64,000 bases of DNA from the human T2T-CHM13v2.0 reference genome, Homo sapiens. The DNA lies in assembly GCF_009914755.1 (NCBI RefSeq), contig NC_060947.1, one strand, 5' to 3'. Made by a program: the position numbers and the translations under genes. Under the pieces are notes generated by a model that did not search any database, had not been told where the DNA came from, and worked only from the letters and a program-made list of their open reading frames with translations. This document shows, piece by piece, positions 11,998-24,553 of the stretch (position 1 is its first letter; each line of letters starts with the position of its first letter).

Positions 11998-14530
11998 GAG
12001 TAGGAAGGAAGAGCCTCCTGGGAAGGTGATGACTCAACTGTCCTACTGAGAATGAGAAATAGGTATAGCTTTGGATGTGAAAAGGGTCCAAAAGCCCATT
12101 TCTTGCAGAAAGCCATAAATAGAAAGGGGGAGAGAGACCACAGTGTGTTTGGAGAACTCAAGTAGTTAAATTTAAGGTGCTACGAAACCACTGAGCAAAA
12201 GAAGAGGGTAGAGACTTTGTAAGCAAAAGCCAGATTGTAAAGGACCTTATATTAATATATCATGGCCAAGCAGTGGGAAGAGCTCTGTTAACAATGCAAT
12301 GTTGTGGGATAAAGTTCTCACTAGTGGGATTGGCCATATAACCAACTGCTTCCTAAGTGTTGAAGGAACCGATGGAGATAAATCCTATCTTATGACAGAA
12401 GGATCAGATGAAAAAAGAGTGTAAAGACAATTAATCAACTGGCCCATGCCCTTCACATGGACAAAAACTTGAAAGCTGGCTGTCTTGTACATGTGTTTTG
12501 GCCAAAAGCAAAATGTGCCCTCTTGAGAGATTACCTGGTGTTAGTAGACAGTCCAGGCACAGATGTTACTACAGAGCTGGATAGCTGGATTGATAAGTTT
12601 TGCCTAGATGCTGATGTCTTTGTTTTGGTTGCAAACTCTGAATCAACACTAACGAATACGGAAAAACATGTTTTCACAACATGAATGAGTGGCTTTCCAA
12701 GCCTAATATTTTCATTCTCAATAATCGTTGGGATGCCTCTGCATCAGAGCCAGAATATATGGAAGATGTGGGCCACCTGCTGAAGGATTTCAGGCAAGAT
12801 TACAGGAATTTCAGAATTTTGAACAAATCTTTGAGGAGTGTATCTCACAGTCAGCAGTGAAAACAAAGTTTGAACAGCACACTATCAGAGCTAAACAGAT
12901 ACTAGCTACTGTGAAAAAACAATGGATTCAATAAACATGGCAGCTGAACAGAAAAGGCATTATGCAGTGGAAGAGAAGGAAGACCAAATTGATAGACTGG
13001 ACTTTATCTGAAACCAGATGAACCTTTTAACACTGGATGTTAACAAAAAAACCAGGGAGGTTACTGGGGAGGTGGCAAACAAAGTGTCATGTGCAATGAC
13101 AGATGAAATTTGTCAACTGTCTGTTTTGGTTGATGAATTTTGTTCAGTTTCATCCTACTCCAGATGTATTAAAAATATATAAAAGTGAATTAAATAAGCA
13201 TATAGAGGATGGTATGGGAAGAAATTTGGCTGATTGATGCACCAATGAAGTAAACACCTTAGTGCTTCAGTTCCAGCAAGAAATTGTTGAAAATTTGAAG
13301 CCATTACTTCCAGCTGGTATATAGGATAAACTACATACACTGATCCCTTGCAAGAAATTTGATCTTAGTTATAATCTAAATTACCACAAGTTATGTTCAG
13401 ATTTTCAAGAGGATATTGTGTTTCATTTTTCCCTGGGCTGGTCTTCCCTCGTACCTCAATTTTTGGGCCCTAGAAATGCTCAAATGGTGCTCCTAGGATT
13501 ATCAGAGCCTATCTTTCAGCTCCCTAGATCTTTAGCTTCTACTCCCACTGCTCCTACCAGTCCAGCAATGCCAGATAATGCATCACAGGCAGAACTCATG
13601 ATTACATTAGTAACAGGATTGGCTTCTCTTACATCTAGAACTTCTATGGGCATCGATAATGTTGGAGGAATGATTTGGAAAACTATAGGCTGGAAACTCA
13701 TATCTGTTTCATTAACTATGTATGGAGCTTTGTATCTTTATGAAAGACTGTCCTGGACCACCCATGCCAAGGAGAGAGCCTTTAAACAGCAGTTTGTAAA
13801 CTATGCAACTGGAAAACTGAAGATGATTGCTAGCTCCACAAGTGCAAACTGCAGCCACCAAGTAAAACAACAAATGGCTACCACTTTTGCTCGCCTGTGC
13901 CAACAAGCTGATATTACTCAAAGACAACTGGAAGAAGAAATTGCTAGATTACCCAAAGAAATAGATCAGTGGGAGAAAATACAAAACAATTTAAAGCTCT
14001 TAAGAAATAAAGCTGTTCAACTTGAATATGAGCTGGAGAATTTTACTAAGCAGTTTCTACCTTCACGCGATGAAGAATCCTAGCAATAGAGATTGCTTTG
14101 GTGACAATGATAGGAGGAAATGAAACTTGTAAGATCAGGACAATTGTTATTTTTATGAAATGACTTTAAATATGAATTTTACTAACTGTACCTAAATAGC
14201 AAAGCCCTATGTAGATTCTGTTAGTGATGTATCTCAGGGTATTGGTATTTTTGAAGAGTATTGTGTCCTTAGTTTTAATTTTGGGTAAAGAAAAAACTAA
14301 AATCTGGAATTAGTTACAAGCAACAGCACCAACTTATGTGACCCTTGAGGGGTGGGGCTGTGAGCTCTTAATTTGTTTTTGATTCTGAAAATCTCTGCTT
14401 CCTGGCATTCAGGAGTTAGAGATTGAGCCTTTCATCTTCTTTCTCAAAACTAGTTTTTGATGCTTTCTTTCCTGGGAATAGTCACTTTTTAATTTTATTT
14501 AATAAACTGCATTGCTGGAACCACACACAC
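11998..14530 (+). pseudogene. MFN1: Processed (retro)pseudogene of mitofusin 1, possibly the locus called MFN1P1
   Basis: Intronless MFN1 peptides ([43 protein letters not shown]) with several stops and frameshifts; stop at 14083; AATAAA at 14501; 12-bp TSD aaaaagtttcag at 11986-11997 and 14531-14542. Confidence 0.97.
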
Positions 14531-15089
14531 AAAAAGTTTCAGCAAAGCCAACTTAAAAGGAGCATATATGACCAATCATTATTTTTGCTACACTTTATGC
14601 AAATAATCAGGCCAATTATGGTAAGACCAAAAGTTATTTTGCAAATAAATTGGCCCTACTATGATTCATCTTTGGTAAAAGTGGGAAACTGAAGACAGAA
14701 AAAATGTGTTTCAGAAGAAAACTATAGAACATCTGTTATTAGATTCTAACCCTGACCATTATTTTTTTGAGTTTTTATTACTTGCCTACAATTTAGACTG
14801 AATCTTGAATTCTTTCCTGGCTACAAGTCTCCAAACTAACAGTTCCACATATTTCTTCCATTTTTCCAACTGAAATTGCTACTAGGTTTGTTTTTAGGAC
14901 CTGCAAACTGAAGCTCATGTATAAATGACCTTGACATACAAACTACAGACCAGAAAATCCTTTCATATTGCCACTGCCTATTTCCACTTTAATTGAGGGT
15001 TTTTCAAGTTTAACATCTAGACACCTCAACTGACTGCTCTCTAGACTCCAAGGAAACTGGTTTATAGACTATTCCAAACAATAGCTGTT

Positions 15090-15397
15090 TTTTGTTTGTT
15101 TGTTTGTTTGTTTGTTTGAGACGGAGTCTCGCTCTTTCGCCCAAGCTGGACTGCAGTGGCGCCATCTTGGCTCACTGCAAGCTCCGCCTCCCGGGTTCAC
15201 GCCATTCTCCTGCCTCAGCCTCCGAGTAGCTGGAACTATAGGCGCCCGCCACCACGCCGGTCTAATTTTTTCTATTTTTAGTAGAGACAGGGTTTCACTG
15301 TGTTAGCCAGGATGGTCTCGATCTCCCGACCTCGTGATCCGCCTGCCTCAGCCTCCCAAAGTGCTGGGATTACAGGCGTGAGCCACCGCGCCCGGCC
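15090..15397 (-). mobile_element. AluY with (TTTG)n tail
   Basis: CpG-rich; Y diagnostics gcaagctccgcctcccgggttcacgcc; TSD tagctgtt. Confidence 0.95.
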
Positions 15398-15609
15398 TAG
15401 CTGTTGTTTTTCTTCTGTTGAGAGCCGGCTTGCAATGCCATCTCCTGAAATATGACACAACTGTTTAATTGGACTGGCCTCTTCCAAGAAATAGGGGACT
15501 AGTTTAATGGGATCCTTTGTCATTCAGCTATTGACTCAATTTTTTTCTCCACAGACACCAACTCAGATTTTAGTGTGTGAAAGTCTTGGGGAAGTATCAG
15601 ATAGGGGAA

Positions 15610-15865
15610 TACTGGAGTGCAGAAAATGATCCCCCATAATATGGCACGTTGGCATGCTGAGTGTTTTTGAAAATTGAAAAGCCCAAGAAATTAGCCTCAT
15701 AATCAAAGTCGTTTTAACCTTGTCTTATTCTTCCCATCGAAGGGCCAGGAAGGACTCTCTGAATTTCCTTATCTGACCAAGAAAGTTCCTTTCCAAAAGA
15801 AACACAATTGCCTTCTATGCCCACCCTGAAATCTCATCTATTTCGGAAAAGAAGAATGAGGAATA
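15610..15865 (+). mobile_element. Partial LTR (U3) of MER34/MER39/LTR29 type inside the ERV internal region
   Basis: cagaaaatgatcccccataatatggcacgttggcatgctga directly after the purine tract agataggggaa. Confidence 0.65.
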
Positions 15866-16253
15866 ACATTTAGACATGGTTAATTAAATGAATGCCTCTC
15901 CTGATATACAGCTAATTACTATAGACTAATGTGGGCCTCCTCACTTAAATAGCTCCCTTGTTACTCAAATTGATCAGTCTCTAAAGCCTTGGATACACAC
16001 TGACTTTCAACAACCCCACTCCATGGAACATAACACTCTAGAAACAAATGCTTCCAGATCTGAGGGAAACTAATAACAAATCTGTAGCTTACCAATCAAT
16101 AATTGATCAGTGATGCTGCCTCACATCAGATCTTAATCGAAACGGGAATGTGAAATGTGATCTACAAAATGATGTCATTCTGGTTCAGAGATGTATAATG
16201 CAGTTGGGAAGTCACTCGAAAAAGTACTACCTGCACAACCTGCAACCTTGTAA

Positions 16254-16581
<328 letters not shown>

Positions 16582-16880
16582 TGAACTGGACTAAACCACC
16601 ACAACCACAGTATCTTGGAAAACAGCTGAATTATCCCAGTGCTGCAACTCTTGATCAGAAACAACCAATGAACTACTCAGGCAGCCACCTCCACAAATGA
16701 TAATTCTTTTGAAACAACTTGGGTAATCATCCTCATCATCCTTTTGGAAACCCCTACTTCCCTTCCTCCCTTTGGAAAACATTTTGGCTTCTAACTGAAC
16801 CTGTGTCTCCTGAATTGCAATTCCTATGACCCCAATAAATGCCTTATCTTACTGCTTTGCAGTCTAGTCTTTCTTGGTTG

Positions 16881-17371
16881 TGTTAAAGTTGCAGATACCA
16901 GGATGAAATCACTTTTGTCCAATCCAGACAAAATAATACCAGGAAGGACCAAAGGAGGGGAGGCACATGCTTACATGTCTGAGGTAAGAACCATTTTCAA
17001 GGACTTTCTAAAAACCCTTTACATATCTCCTACTTTGATGAGGCTTATCACTACACATTCTTTAGGACTGCAGTCATTCCAATAAGATGTTCTCAGAAGA
17101 ACAGTTCTCCAGTAATTGCATCTCCACCAATAAACTGACAACTCTAGTACTGAACCTGGGGAACCAATGAACTCTTTTTCTATGCAGCTTATGTAAATCT
17201 TTTTTTGCTCATAAAAGCTCCCCTTCCCCTTCCCTCCCTGAAAGTACTGGTGACTTGTGATTCCATGCATTCTGGATTATGATCCCTATTTCTTTTTTTT
17301 TTCCTATTCCTATTTCTGAGTAAACCCAACATAGAGGTAATTTTCTCTAGTGTTATTTTTTTAGATTAACA
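16881..17371 (+). mobile_element. Solo ERV1 LTR (MER4 group; subfamily uncertain) inserted in the last bases of the 3' LTR
   Basis: TGTTAA...TTAACA termini; TSD gttg/attg; host LTR terminal ACA follows at 17376-17378. Confidence 0.85.
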
Positions 17372-19132
17372 ATTGACATTGAAAAGAGTCTAGCTTCCTC
17401 TGTTCTTCTTTCTTGCTTCCTTTCTCACCATGTGATCTCTTAGCACATGCCCACTTCCCTTCCATTTTCTGCCATGAGTAGAAGCAGCCTGAGGCCCTAA
17501 CCAGATACAGCTGCTCAATCTGGAAGCATCCAGCCACCAGAATTATGAGCCAAATAAGCCTCTTTTCTTTATAATTTACTCAGCCTCTGGTATTCTGTTA
17601 TAGCAAAACTAAATGGACTAAGAGAGAAAGTTGGTGCCAAGGAGTAGGGTGTTCTTATAAATACACCTGAAAATGGGTAAGTGGCTTTGGAACTGGGCAA
17701 TGGGCAGAAGTTGAGTTTGAAGGTACAAGCTAGAAAAAGAAAATATTACAGTGAAAAGAGCATTAAAGACAGTCTTGGTGGGGGCTTAGAAAATGAGCTA
17801 GAACTTATTAGGGATTGGTTAGGTGGTTGTAACCAAAATGCTTACGGAAATATGAACAGTCAAGGCCAGTAAGATGAGGTCTTGGATGGACATGAGGAAT
17901 ATTTATTTGGAAACTGTAACAAAGGTCATCATTTTATATAGTTGCAAAGAACTTGACTGCATTGTGTTTATGCCCTAGGGTTTTGTGGAAGGCTGAATTT
18001 AAGATTGATATAATAGCATATCTTGTGGAAGAAATTTCTAAGCAGCAAAGTGTTCAGGCTGCTGCCATGGTTACTTCTAAGTGTTTATGGTGATTTGCTG
18101 GAGAATTTGGAAACAGAACAGAAGGATTTGGAAAACTCACAACCTGGATGTGTAATAGAGAACTTTCAAAAGAGCACTTTCAAAACAGTACTTTCAAAAG
18201 AGGAATCCAAGGGAATGGCAGACTTGCTAAAGAGATTAGCATGTCTAAAAGAGTGCCAGGTGTTAACTCAAGACAATGGGTGAATAACCTGAAGACATTT
18301 TAGAACTTTAAGGCTGCCTTTCCCATCACAGGCCCAGAGACCTAGAATGATAGAATTGTATTGGAGGAGAGACTTGGAGGGCTGCTGCTCTGGTGACCTC
18401 GGGACACTGGTCTGTGCATCCTGACCACTCTGGCTGGAGCAGCCATAGCACAAGTGGCGCCACATGCAGCTCATGCCCCTGCTCCAGAAAGCACAACTGG
18501 GAAGCCTTGGCAGCATTCATGTCTACGTGGTACTCATTTTGCATGCATGCAGAATATGAGAGTAATGGAAGCATGGTGGCTTCCACCTAAATTTCAGAGT
18601 ATGCATCAGAAAGCCTGGGAGCCAAGGCAGAAAGTTGTTGTAGTGCAGAGCCACTACAACAGTAGAGAGAGCCTGTACTAAGGCAATGCTAACCAGAAAT
18701 GTGGAGTAGGAAATACCACAGAAGGTCCCCATGAGGGTAATGAACAATGGAGCTGCAGGGTAGGACTACAACCTGGACCCCAGAATTGTAGAGCCACCGG
18801 CAGCATGCAACCTCAGCATAGAAAAGCCGCAGTCATTTGACTCCAACCTGTGAGAGTAGCTACGTGGGCCATGTCCAGCAAAACCATGAAGGCAAGGCTG
18901 CCTGATGTCTTAGGAGTCCCCCCCTCATACCAGTCTGCCCAAGATGTAGGACATGGGTTCAAAGGAGATTATTCTGGAGTGTTAAGTTTTAATATCTGTT
19001 CCACTGGGTTGTACTTGTATGAGGCTTATCATTTCTTTCTTTTGGCCTATTTCTCGTTTGTGAAATGGGACTGTTTACCAAGTGTTTGTCCTACTGTTGT
19101 ATCTTAGATGCAAATAGTTTCTTTTTACTTTC

Positions 19133-19272
19133 GTTTGTTTATCTGTTTATTTTTTAGAGATGGGTTCTTGCCGTGTTGCCCAGGCTGGTCTCAAACTCCT
19201 GGGCTCAAGCAATCCACCTACCTTGACCTCCGAAAGTGCTAGGATTACAGATGTGAACCACCATGCCCAGCC
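19133..19272 (-). mobile_element. Alu left monomer (FLAM/AluJ)
   Basis: Monomeric antisense Alu in the MST internal region. Confidence 0.88.
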
Positions 19273-19846
19273 TACTTGTTTTTGATTTTACAAACTCATA
19301 GCTGGACTTTGGACCTTTGAGTTGGTGCTGGAACAAGTTAATACTTTTGGGACAATTGAGATAGAATGATTGTATTTTGCATGTGAGAAAGACATGCATT
19401 TTGGTGGGGCCACGGGTGGAATGCTATGATTTGGATGGGGCAGCTCCATCAGAACTTCTGTTGAAATTTGATCCCCAATGTGGTGGTACTGGAAGTGGGG
19501 CCTAGTAAGAGGTGTTTGGGTCATGGGGTTGAATCCCTCATGAATACATTCATTCCCTCCCACAGGGGTTAGTAAGTTCTCCCTCTTGCAGAAATAGATC
19601 AGTTCCCATGATATCAGCTTGTTAAAATGTCTGACTTCCTTGGTTTCTCTTTCTTGCTTCCTCTCTCACCATGTGATATCTTGGCATGAGTGGAAGCAAT
19701 CTGAGGCCCTCACCAGATCCAGTTGTTCAATCTTGAACTGTCCAGCCACCAGAATCAAGAACCAAATAAATCCCTTTTCTTTGTAAATTACCCAGCCTCT
19801 GGGATTCTGTTATAGCAACACTAAATGGACTAACAATACTGCCCAC

Positions 19847-20403
19847 TGTCAGGCCTCTGAGCCCAAGCTAAGCCATCATATCCCCTGTGACCTGCAAGTA
19901 TACATCCAGATGGCCTGAAGCAACTGAAGATCCACAAAAGAAGTGAAAATAGCCAATTCCTGCCTTAACTGATGACATTCCACCATTGTGATTTGTTCCT
20001 GCCCCACCCTAACTGATCAGTTGACTTTGTGACAATACACCTTCCCCGCCCTTGCGATAATGTACTTTGTGACATTCCCCCACCCTTGTGAATGTACTTT
20101 GTATGATACACCCTCCCCACCCTTGAGAAGGTACTTTGTAATATTCTCTCCCGCCCTTAAGAAGGTACTTTGTAATATTCTCCTCACCCTTGAGAATGTA
20201 CTCTGTAAGATCCACCCCCTGCCTGCAAAAAATTGCTCCTAACTCCACTGCCTATCCCAAACCTATAAGAACTAATGATAATCCCACCACCCTTTGCTGA
20301 CTCCTTTTTCAGACTCAGCCCACCTGCACCCAGGTGAAATAAACAGCCTTGTTGCTCACACAAAATCTGTTGGTGGACTCTCTTCACACGGACACACGTG
20401 ACA
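19847..20403 (+). mobile_element. HERV-H solo LTR (LTR7 family, probably LTR7B)
   Basis: Starts TGTCAGGCCTCTGAGCCCAAGCTAAGCC, ends GTGACA; perfect TSD CCCAC; internal tandem repeats. Confidence 0.95.
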
Positions 20404-20703
20404 CCCACTCCCAAATGTCTGTCTTTCCCTTAAATCTCTTCTCTGAGCTCAAGTCTCATATATCCAACTGTTTGATTGCCATCTCTTCTTGGATGGATAA
20501 TCGCCGTATCTAACTTAAAATGCTCAGAATTAAACCTACCATCTCCCCTTCAAACCTGCCCCTCCCCAATGTGTGGCATCACTGTTGCTCATTCAGAAAC
20601 CTGGGAATCCACCTTAACACTTTCCCTTCCCTCATTTTCCACATCCAATCCATTATGAACTCCTGTCAGTTTATATCTCTACAATACATCTCAAAAATTT
20701 CTA

Positions 20704-21338
20704 CAGGTGATCTTCCCTATTCACAGATTCTATATCTATGAATTCACCTACTTGCTAAAATTTATTTGTAAGCCCAAAATTAATTTTTCCAGCATTTTCA
20801 AGATCATTCCCAGACTAGTGCAGGGAGGTCAAAAACGTGAGTCAACTGACATTCACATTCCCAGCTGAGATGAAAAAGGGCAATGCTCTGCCTTCTTGTT
20901 TCAGCTTTCATATTGTAAAGAAGGATCTCTTCTGGAGTCTATTTAGTGCCACTTTTTTTCACATTTTTGTGCTTTGGTTAATGACTTCACCGTTTTAAAT
21001 TATCCTGAAGCATAGTACTGAAGTGCCTTCTAATATTGCTAACTAAGCAAAAGAAGGCCATGATGATGGAAAACACATGTATTAGACAAGCTTCATTCAG
21101 GTGTGAGTTATAGTTATCTTGGCTATGAGTCCAATGTGGATTAATCAACAGTATATGCTAAAGCAGATATTTTAAAACAGAAACACACATAAAACAAAGT
21201 TATATATTTATCAGTTGAAAAAAAATTTGTGATCAGACGCTGGTAGAAACCTGTTTCCCAAATGGTTTGGTATTCATTAATGCCATATTCACAGCCACTT
21301 TGTAGAACATAACTACCACAAATAATGATAATCAACTA
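20704..21338. mobile_element. MER82-like TcMar-Tigger DNA transposon
   Basis: gaattcacctacttgctaaaatttatttgtaa and aaacagaaacacacataaaacaa match the recalled consensus; degenerate terminal inverted repeats. Confidence 0.8.
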
Positions 21339-21590
21339 TGCTTCACTCAATTTCCACAGCCTCTACCCTAGACCAAGCCACATGCAATCATCATCTCTTG
21401 TCTAAATTGCTGCAATGTCTTCTAGAATGAAATCTTTGATTCTACTCTTGTACTACTAGTGCCCATTCTCCACACATTAGCCAGAGTGCCCTTCTGAAAT
21501 ATTAAATCATTTTATGTTACAATACTTCCCTCACTAAACCACTGGGGGAAAGTATCCAGTTGTGCTTAGAGTGAAATACAAATTCCTTAC

Positions 21591-22100
21591 TGTATTAGGG
21601 TTCTCCAGAGAAACAAAACCAGTAGGATAGATATGTACAAAGGGATTTATTATGGGAATTGGTCTACATGATTATGGAAGCCAAGAAGTCCCACAATTTG
21701 CTTTCTGCAAGTGGGGAACCAGGAAATCCAGTGGTGTAATTTGGTTAAGTATCAAGGCCTGAGAACCTGGGGTGGGGAGAGAGTCACTGGTATAAGTTCT
21801 GGAGTCCAAATACCCGAGAACAAGGAGCTCCTATGTCCAAGGGCAGGAGGACACAGATGTTCCAGCCCAAGAAGAGAGTGAATTTGCCCTTTTTCCACCT
21901 ATTTGTTCTCTCCGGACCCTTAATGGAATAGATGATGTCCGCTTACAGTGGTGAGGGTGGATCCACTTTAGTCAGTTTACTGATTCAAATGCTAATCTCT
22001 TCCAGAAACACCCTCAAAGACACTCCCAGAACCAATGTTTTATCAGCTATCTGGATATTTCTTAACCCAGTCAAGTTGACACATAAAATTAACCATCACA
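21591..22100 (-). mobile_element. MLT2B-type solo LTR
   Basis: Reverse-complement homolog of 4080-4641; perfect TSD CTTAC. Confidence 0.92.
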
Positions 22101-23752
22101 CTTACCATGGCCTACAAGGCCCTGCGTAATGTGGCCCCTGCTTGTCTCTGCATCATAATCTTTCTCTCTTACTCTGCTTTAGCCACACTGGGCTTACTGC
22201 TCTTTTTTTAATATACTGAGCCCAGTTGCTCCTCAGGGTCTTTGCATTTGCTCCAACCTCTGCCTAAACGTTTTGACCAGCTCCTTGAATGGCTGACTTC
22301 TCGACTTTGAGAACTTAGCTAAAATTTCTATGTCCTCAGAGAAACCTTCTCTGACCACTCTGGCTAAAGTAACCTATCAAGTATTCATGGTTACAGCACC
22401 CTGTTTCTTTCTTCAGAAGAAGTATCACAATTCATAATTACATATTTGTTTATTAGTGTAACCCAGCAGTTGCATGCACATCAGACTCCTTCCAGATTAT
22501 GTAGGCTCAGTTCACAACTTTGAAAATTTTGCTCTTAGAGCCTTGAATACTCTCATATTTAGAGGATGATGGGAAATTTTGCTTGGCTGTTTCCATTAAG
22601 GAGTCTTTTAGCCAGCACCATGTCCATAGCACATGCACTCCTAGAAGTCCCCCTTTTTACCTCCCTCTTGTCTTCCTTTTTAACCCCTTTCCCCTCATTT
22701 CATCATGCAATTATATCCTGTGCTTGAAATAGTCCCATTTTTACTCCCTCTTCAACTTCTGTGAAAAGATAACAGTTTTGAGATAGGAAGTTATAGTTTT
22801 ATTTTTTCCTCATTTCCCCTATTTCCCTTCTCTGTTTATTTAAGCAAGTAGTCAACCTTATGCCCCTATGTTTCAGGGAAAAAATGGGTCAGAGTGCTTT
22901 TCCTGACTCCCATTATTATGTCAGGCTGCCAGGGAAATCTTCAACTTAGAATTCGCCTTTCAATTTAGCCAACTGCAGCTGAGGCTGTCATCCCACATTG
23001 AGCTGCTTCCAACACAAGGCAGTTTAGGCTTCCCTCTGAATGTCAAGAAATAATGAGTAAAGCTAGTGGCATCCTCTTGCCAGTGTGAGGTGACAGAATT
23101 CCACCAGTGTATTACATAGGATCCTTGGGATCTCTTCCAAAAAGTCTTCTTCATGGAAAATATTTTCCAGTGAATGCATCCAGTCCATTTGAAAATTTTT
23201 TTCTTGAATATCCTTGATTATTTAGAGCCAAACAGCAACCAGTTAACTAGTTCTAGCATTTGCTCCATTCCCCAAAGCACTGCCCTTAGCACTCTGGAAC
23301 TTTATTTCTTAGGCTATAATATCTGCTGCTATACTATATCTAAGGGACACCATAGTATCCTACAAATGGACTGTTCATTAGTGATAGTTTTTGCCATTCC
23401 CATGAGAACTTTCTTATGCCAGTAGAGTAAGTTCACATATTCTTTACCACCAACAAGGCTACTTCTTTCCTTCCCACTACTGAACACAACTCAAATATTA
23501 TCCACTGAGCTTTGCACTAATTCTCTATCCTCATTTGGTGAAATAGTGGTCAGTTTAGGATTAAAGATTTCATGGCTGAAACTTTTAGCAAAGCCTTTCA
23601 AGATAGTATCTGTGTGTAGTATAAAGGCCATATTTGAATCCTCAAAAGGCTAAAATGTCCATTGACTAGTTGGTCTGTCGGCATCATGCAGTCTGCCCAC
23701 ACCTAGAATTTTTACACCTGTACAAATCAATTGTACACAGGAACTGGGGCAA

Positions 23753-24040
23753 TGTGGCAGAAACTGATAGTTACCACCCTCACTCCCACCCCACCTTCTG
23801 AATATATCCACTCTTCACTTCTTTCTTTAAATATAGAAACCTTAAGTTTTACTTGTCTTCTCAGATGAAGACTACATTTCCCAACCTCCCTTGCACCTAG
23901 GTTAAGGTCATGTTACTGGAATGAAGGCAGAGGTGATGTATTCAAACTTCTGAAAAGCGGCTTTAAGAGGAAGAGATATATGGATATGACGGTAAGAGCT
24001 GGAGAAGCCATCTTAGATCACAGGAGGGAAACTGTGTCTT
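23753..24040. mobile_element. Old MLT1 (J/K-like) LTR fragment
   Basis: actacatttcccaacctcccttgcacctagg motif. Confidence 0.65.
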
Positions 24041-24256
24041 AGAACACTTTATCTCCATTTCCCCTCATTTTGACTTTTGTTTCTGTCATCATGCACTGTT
24101 AATTTGACATATACTTGGAATCTCACAAGATATTATTTTTATGGTTTTATAAGTTGATATTAATTTGGATTTATCATTTTCATTACTATTTATCCTTCCT
24201 GCATTTCTGTTTCCATTTAGGAAAATTTTCCTTCTATCAAAGAATAGCCTTTACTA

Positions 24257-24553
24257 TTTTTGTTGTTGCTATTGTTGAGATAGAGTCTCACTCTGTCGCC
24301 CAAGCTGGAGTGTAGTGATCTCGGCTCGCTGCAACCTCCTCCTCCCAGGTTCAAGTGATCCTCCCGCCTCAGCCTCCCTAGTAGCTGAGACTACAGGCAC
24401 GTGCCACCATGCCTGGCTAACTTTTGTATTTTTAGTAGAGACAGGGTTTCACCATGTTGGCCAGGCTGGTCTCTAACTCCTGACCTCAGGTGATCCACCT
24501 GCCTTGGCCTCCCAAAGTGCTGGGATTACAGGCATGAGCCAATGCACCCGGCC
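24257..24553 (-). mobile_element. AluSx-like, within an antisense L1M fragment (about 24050-24860)
   Basis: Full Alu sequence. Confidence 0.93.

Larger units (their letters stand above)
20410..22460 (+). mobile_element. L2 fragment interrupted by MER82 and MLT2B
   Basis: L2 3' motifs at 20410-20700, 21340-21590 and 22101-22460, collinear across the inserts. Confidence 0.75.

Noticed and set aside
12265-14083. Functional MFN1 gene
   Set aside because: No introns, N-terminus missing, multiple stops and frameshifts, bounded by TSDs.
22460-23740. Unassigned 1.3 kb segment, partly examined for transposase or gag similarity
   Set aside because: No motif recognised by eye, so I cannot support a call without a search.
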